Below are positions 58,975 to 64,000 of a stretch of DNA of 64,000 bases, one piece after another. The DNA lies in NCBI GenBank assembly GCA_903838055.1, contig CAILWV010000016.1:91252-155251 (forward strand), written 5' to 3'. The notes under the pieces were generated by a model that was not told the origin of the DNA, ran no database searches, and saw only the letters and a list, made by a program, of their open reading frames with translations. Made by a program: the position numbers and the translations under genes. The stretch is from an uncultured Bacteroidota bacterium (GTDB taxonomy: Bacteria; Bacteroidota; Bacteroidia; Flavobacteriales; Flavobacteriaceae). Each line of letters begins with the position of its first letter. Within the stretch, counting starts at the first letter, position 1.

Positions 58975-60201
58975 ATGCTTTTTCTATACAATTTAATCCT
59001 CGTTTTTGCATCCCAAGTTGTAAAAATATTGGCAAATTTCAGTCCGAAAATGAAACTTTTTGTAGACGGAAGAAAAGAAGTTTTCACCATTTTACAAAAT
59101 AAAATAGAAGCAAAAGACAAAACTATTTGGTTTCATGCTGCCTCTTTGGGAGAATACGAACAAGGCTTGCCGGTGATTGAAAAAATCAAAATTAAATATC
59201 CAAACCACAAAATTGTAGTTTCTTTTTTTTCCCCTTCGGGTTATGAAGTTCGAAAAAACAACACCGTTGCCGATGCTACAGTTTATCTTCCGCTAGACAC
59301 TAAAACAAATGCTAAAAAATTCATCCAAGCGATACATCCAGAACTTGTTTTCTTTATAAAATATGAATACTGGCCAAATTATTTGAATGAACTCCAAAAA
59401 CTAAATATCAAAACCTATTTAATTTCAGGAATTTTCAGAGAAAGCCAAGCCTTTTTTAAAGGATATGGAGGGTTTTATAGAAATGCCCTTAAGACATTTG
59501 ATTACTTTTTTGTGCAAAATGAAAGTTCTAAAAAACTACTTCAAAGTATAGGATTCAACAATGTAAAAATTTCTGGCGATACCCGTTTTGACAGAGTAGT
59601 TTCTATTTTAGAAAAAGATAATTCGTTAGATTTTATTGAACAATTTAAAGACCATAAAACCACTATTGTTATTGGTAGCTCTTGGCCGAAGGATGAAAAT
59701 TTATTAGTTAATTACATCAACAACGCCTCTGATAATGTGAAATTTATCATTGCACCACACAATATCAAATCGGAACAAATTTTAGAATTAAAAAAATCTA
59801 TAATTAAAAAAACAATTTTATTTTCTGATAGAGAAAATCAAAATTTGAGTGAATACAGTGTTTTCATTATTGACACCATCGGAATATTAACTAAAATTTA
59901 TTCATATGCTGATATTGCCTATGTTGGTGGCGGTTTCGGAAATCCTGGAGTTCATAATATTTTAGAACCAGCAACGTTTGGAGTTCCAATTGTGATTGGT
60001 CCAAATTATTCTCATTTTGCAGAGGCAACTGCTTTAGTTCACCAACAAGGGTGTATTTCGATTTCCAATCTAAATGAATTAAACGATACCCTAGATAATT
60101 TAATTTCCAACGAAGACATCCGTCACGAAAAAGGACATATTTGTGCTACATTTGTTCAAATGAATAAAGGAGCAACTGAAATAATTTTGAAAAACATTTA
60201 A
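58975..60201 (+). CDS. waaA: 3-deoxy-D-manno-octulosonic acid (Kdo) transferase
   Basis: WFHAASLGE, FSPSG, LPLDT, GDTRFD and HNILEPA. Confidence 0.95.
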   Translation: MLFLYNLILVFASQVVKILANFSPKMKLFVDGRKEVFTILQNKIEAKDKTIWFHAASLGEYEQGLPVIEKIKIKYPNHKIVVSFFSPSGYEVRKNNTVADATVYLPLDTKTNAKKFIQAIHPELVFFIKYEYWPNYLNELQKLNIKTYLISGIFRESQAFFKGYGGFYRNALKTFDYFFVQNESSKKLLQSIGFNNVKISGDTRFDRVVSILEKDNSLDFIEQFKDHKTTIVIGSSWPKDENLLVNYINNASDNVKFIIAPHNIKSEQILELKKSIIKKTILFSDRENQNLSEYSVFIIDTIGILTKIYSYADIAYVGGGFGNPGVHNILEPATFGVPIVIGPNYSHFAEATALVHQQGCISISNLNELNDTLDNLISNEDIRHEKGHICATFVQMNKGATEIILKNI

Positions 60202-60225
60202 TTAAACCCTTAATAATCAATTGTT

Positions 60226-61968
60226 ATGAATGAAAAAATAAATATTATTATTGAAAAGATTAAAACAACACTTATTAGCTATCCATTAGTATTGTTACTG
60301 TCTTTAGCTACGGCTATTGTAATCATTTACGGCATTGAAACCCATCCTGATAATGATGCAACTTATTTATTAGTCCGTTTAGGAATCACTTTTTCTTTAG
60401 GGATTTCTTCTCAATTTGCATTAAAAATGCTATCGCAAAGAATAAAAAACGGAATAATTTGGCAACTTACAGGATTACTTTTCTTGGTTGTTTTTTTCTT
60501 TGTATTGCCAAGTGAGGAGAAAAATTTCTCAGAAGTTCAAGGGTTTATTATTGTTCCTTCCTTTATTCTTTCTCATTTATTAGTGGCGTTTATTGCCTTT
60601 ACAAATAGAGAAAATGAAGAACATAACTTTTGGCAATACAATAAAAACCTGTTTATCAATTTATTTCTTACCGCAGTTTTTACAGGGGTATTAACTGGCG
60701 GAGTTCAATTGGCGATATTAGCTGTTCAAGAGTTATTTAACTTTAACTTTGAAGGCGATATTTATTTAGAAACATTTGTCATATTATCTATTTTTGGAAG
60801 TAGTTTTATTTTCTTACTTTTTAATGAAACGGGATTAGAATATCTAGAAAAAGAGGGGTCTTATCCGGTGGTATTAAAATTCTTTACCCAATTTATTTTA
60901 ATTCCACTTTTGATTATTTATGTGGTAATTCTATATTTTTATTGTTTAAAAATTACCATTAATTGGGAGTTGCCAAGGGGTTGGGTTTCTTACCTAGTTC
61001 TAGCCTACTCTATTGTTGGAATTTTTGCGCTTTTATTGGTGCATCCGTTACAAAAAGAAAAAGCAAAGTCTTGGATACTATTATTTAGCAAAATATTTTA
61101 TTATACTTTAATTCCATTAATCGTATTATTATTTATTGCGATTTTCACTAGAGTTTTGCAGTATGGTTATACCGAAGCTAGATATTTTGTATTGCTAATT
61201 TCTATATGGCTTACATCAGTAGTTTTGTATTTTGTATTTAGTAAAAAAGGTACAATTAAGTATATTCCAATTTCATTATTTACATTCGGATTATTTGCAT
61301 TAATTTTTCCTTATTTCAATGCTTTTTCGGTTGCAAAAAGAAGCCAAGAAAAAGAACTTATGCAAGTATTAACAGAAAATAAATTGGTGGTAAACGGCAA
61401 AATCGACTTTAATAAAGCAATTATTGATTCGGTAGAAGAACAGGTGGAAGACAAATTCGAATTCCTAAGTAAACGATTAGACAAAGAATATTTAAAATCT
61501 TTTTTAGATGCTAATACCAAAGTACTAGTGGATAAAGATAAATATTGGTATACTAATATATTTAAAAAAGTAAAATACACTGAAAAAGTAGAAAACACTT
61601 ATGTAAGGATTTATTCAAACAAAAATATATTTGAAACCAAAGACTACCAATATCTCTTAAAAAGTGACTATGCCGGGGAGTTAGAATCAAAAATTAATAA
61701 TGATAAATTAAAAATCACTAATTCAAATGGGGCAGATGGAACTTTTGAAATTAAATTAAACGAGGAGTCCAAGGACATCATGCCACTTATTAAAGAGTTT
61801 TGTGAAAAATATAAAAATTCATCAAAAGATGTATTAGTAGATGATTTGTCTGTTACACTTGAAATTAAAAATTACAAAATAAAAGTTATTTTTGAATCCA
61901 TAAACTGGTATAAAAAAGATAATTCCTACAATTTTAATAATATTATATATTTAGTAAAAGCAAAATAA
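60226..61968 (+). CDS. DUF4153 family multi-TM membrane protein
   Basis: About 10 TMs, LPRGWVS, RVLQYGYTEARY and FSVAKRSQ. Confidence 0.8.
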   Translation: MNEKINIIIEKIKTTLISYPLVLLLSLATAIVIIYGIETHPDNDATYLLVRLGITFSLGISSQFALKMLSQRIKNGIIWQLTGLLFLVVFFFVLPSEEKNFSEVQGFIIVPSFILSHLLVAFIAFTNRENEEHNFWQYNKNLFINLFLTAVFTGVLTGGVQLAILAVQELFNFNFEGDIYLETFVILSIFGSSFIFLLFNETGLEYLEKEGSYPVVLKFFTQFILIPLLIIYVVILYFYCLKITINWELPRGWVSYLVLAYSIVGIFALLLVHPLQKEKAKSWILLFSKIFYYTLIPLIVLLFIAIFTRVLQYGYTEARYFVLLISIWLTSVVLYFVFSKKGTIKYIPISLFTFGLFALIFPYFNAFSVAKRSQEKELMQVLTENKLVVNGKIDFNKAIIDSVEEQVEDKFEFLSKRLDKEYLKSFLDANTKVLVDKDKYWYTNIFKKVKYTEKVENTYVRIYSNKNIFETKDYQYLLKSDYAGELESKINNDKLKITNSNGADGTFEIKLNEESKDIMPLIKEFCEKYKNSSKDVLVDDLSVTLEIKNYKIKVIFESINWYKKDNSYNFNNIIYLVKAK

Positions 61969-61980
61969 AAACAATCAAAA

Positions 61981-64000
61981 ATGAAATTTTTAAAATTAGC
62001 ACTCTTATTATTCGTTATTCAAACCCAAGCGCAGCAAGGAGGCATGTGGATTCCTTCGTTATTGAAAGGGATGAATGAAACCGAAATGAAATCCATGGGG
62101 ATGAAAATCACCGCCAAAGATATTTATGATGCCAATCAATCGAGTTTAAAAGATGCTGTACCGCAATTTGATGGCGGCTGTACTGCCGAAGTAATTTCTG
62201 ATAAAGGGTTGCTTTTAACAAATCACCATTGCGGATTTGGCGCAATTCAAGACCATTCCTCTGTAGAACATGATTATTTACGAGATGGTTTTTGGGCTTA
62301 TAAAATGGAAGATGAATTGACAAATCCAAACATGACTGTAATGTTTGTGGTTCGTATTGAAGATGTTACTACTAAAGTTTTAGAAGGTGTTGCTACACTT
62401 GCATCTGAAGCCGAAAAACAAAAGAAAATTCAGGAAAACATAACTGCTTTAAGCAATTCGTTGCCTAAAGAAGCGTGGCAAGAAAATAAGATAAAAACAT
62501 TTTACGACGGAAATCAATACCTATTATTTGTAACCGAAACCTTTAAAGACATCCGTTTTGTGGGAGCGCCACCAAGTTCTATCGGAAAATTTGGATCGGA
62601 TACGGATAATTGGGTTTGGCCGAGACATACAGGAGATTTTTCTTTGTTTAGAATATATGCTGATAAAAACAACCATCCAGCAGCCTATTCTGCAGATAAC
62701 GTTCCATACAAACCAAAGAAATTCTTTCCTATTTCTATTGCAGGTTTAAAAGAAAACGACTTTACTATGGTATTGGGGTATCCTGGAAGAACTACAGAAT
62801 ATCTACCATCGGTTGCCGTAAATCAAATTGTTGAAACCTTAAATCCTGCTAAAATTGAAGTTCGAGATGCAGCTCTTAAAGTACAAGATCGCTTTATGCG
62901 AAAAGACCAAGCTATAAAAATTCAATATGCTGCTAAATATGCATCCGTTGCCAACTATTGGAAAAAATGGATGGGAGAAACCAAAGGATTGAAAAAGGCA
63001 AATGCAGTTGCAGCTAAGCTAAAATTTGAAAAAGAATTTCAAGAAAAAGTAATTAAAGCAGGCAAACAAGCCGAATATGGAAATTTACTTTCTGAATTTG
63101 AAAAAAATTACACTGAAATTAAAGAGTATGCTTTGGCTAGAGATTACTTTACTGAAGTTGCACTTCGCAACACCGAAATACTATCCGTTGGTTACAAATT
63201 ATACCAACTAGAACAAATATTAAATACTAAAGGCGAACAATCTTTTACCGATAGAAAAAATACACTTTCTAAAGGAATTGATGAATTTTATAAAGATTAT
63301 AATGCCGAAGTGGATAAAAATGTATTCGAGCAATTAATCAATTTATATGTTACGAAATCTCCTAAACAATTCTTGCCGGAAACATTACTAAATAGTGATG
63401 CTACGAAACTAACTTCAGATATTTTTAATAATTCAAAATTAACGTCTTTAACAAGTTTTAGAGAATTATTAGAAGGAGATACTAAGACAATTATTGAAAA
63501 AATAAATTCCGACAAAGGCTACCAACTAATTAAATCTATGGCAGATGCCTATTCAACAAAGGTTGCTCCAACATATGACGTTCTTAATTTAAAAAATACT
63601 GCAACGCAACGCACCTATATGAAAGCTATTTTGGAATTATTTCCAAACAAAAGAATTTTTCCAGATGCTAACAGTACGTTAAGAATTACCTATGGAAAAG
63701 TAAAAGGTTACCAACCAAACGATGCCGTATATTATGAACCATTTACAACATTAGATGGGGTAATTGAGAAATATATTCCTGGAGATTACGAGTTTGATTT
63801 ACCACAAAAACTAATAGATTTATACAACAAAAAAGAGTATGGAAACTATGGCGTTAAAGGCAAAATGCCTGTTTGTTTCATAGCAACCAACCATACAACA
63901 GGAGGAAATTCGGGAAGTCCGGCTTTAGATGCAAACGGAAACTTAATTGGCCTGAATTTTGATAGAGTATGGGAAGGAACAATGAGTGATATTTTCTATT
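61981..64000 (+). CDS. S46 family dipeptidyl peptidase (DPP11-like), 3'-truncated by window edge
   Basis: ATG at 61981, GGMW, GGCT, LTNHHC, WPRHTGDF, TTGGNSGSP and NFDRVWEG, still in frame at 63961. Missing from the ORF track because it has no stop. Confidence 0.93.
   Translation, partial: MKFLKLALLLFVIQTQAQQGGMWIPSLLKGMNETEMKSMGMKITAKDIYDANQSSLKDAVPQFDGGCTAEVISDKGLLLTNHHCGFGAIQDHSSVEHDYLRDGFWAYKMEDELTNPNMTVMFVVRIEDVTTKVLEGVATLASEAEKQKKIQENITALSNSLPKEAWQENKIKTFYDGNQYLLFVTETFKDIRFVGAPPSSIGKFGSDTDNWVWPRHTGDFSLFRIYADKNNHPAAYSADNVPYKPKKFFPISIAGLKENDFTMVLGYPGRTTEYLPSVAVNQIVETLNPAKIEVRDAALKVQDRFMRKDQAIKIQYAAKYASVANYWKKWMGETKGLKKANAVAAKLKFEKEFQEKVIKAGKQAEYGNLLSEFEKNYTEIKEYALARDYFTEVALRNTEILSVGYKLYQLEQILNTKGEQSFTDRKNTLSKGIDEFYKDYNAEVDKNVFEQLINLYVTKSPKQFLPETLLNSDATKLTSDIFNNSKLTSLTSFRELLEGDTKTIIEKINSDKGYQLIKSMADAYSTKVAPTYDVLNLKNTATQRTYMKAILELFPNKRIFPDANSTLRITYGKVKGYQPNDAVYYEPFTTLDGVIEKYIPGDYEFDLPQKLIDLYNKKEYGNYGVKGKMPVCFIATNHTTGGNSGSPALDANGNLIGLNFDRVWEGTMSDIFY

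Overview
AT-rich chromosomal segment from a Flavobacterium-like Bacteroidota. Evidence for the taxon: TAnnTTTG promoter boxes, T9SS plug and cargo genes, gene order pdxA-yceD-rpmF-fabH-accB-accC, and family-typical DUF genes. It is mostly core housekeeping genes: murI (partial), tsaB, ribE, pdxA, rpmF, fabH, accBC, frr, pyrH, pyrC, hemD, pckA, greA, tRNA-Gly(TCC), gpmI, map, apaG, pruA, rsmG, fabD, galE, waaA and a partial S46 peptidase. No prophage, integrase, IS transposase, rRNA or CRISPR array is visible. The notable signals are small. (1) A tandem pair of putative antitoxin/RelE-ParE-like toxin modules at 55297-56381. Their outer parts are about 97% identical, but a central ~200-bp block encoding both the antitoxin C-terminus and the toxin N-terminus is highly divergent, like a swappable specificity cassette. 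(2) A GxxExxY nuclease-fold gene bracketed by mirror-image heptamer arrays with identical 3-4-3 spacing, plus cargo-less inverted short-repeat arrays in accB-accC and pyrH-frr. (3) An in-frame TAA splitting an acetyl-CoA hydrolase/transferase gene. (4) Several REP-like or Flavo-1-like structured intergenic repeats. (5) A terminator-like hairpin directly behind the predicted greA promoter. Family calls come from recognising motifs by eye; no database search was run.
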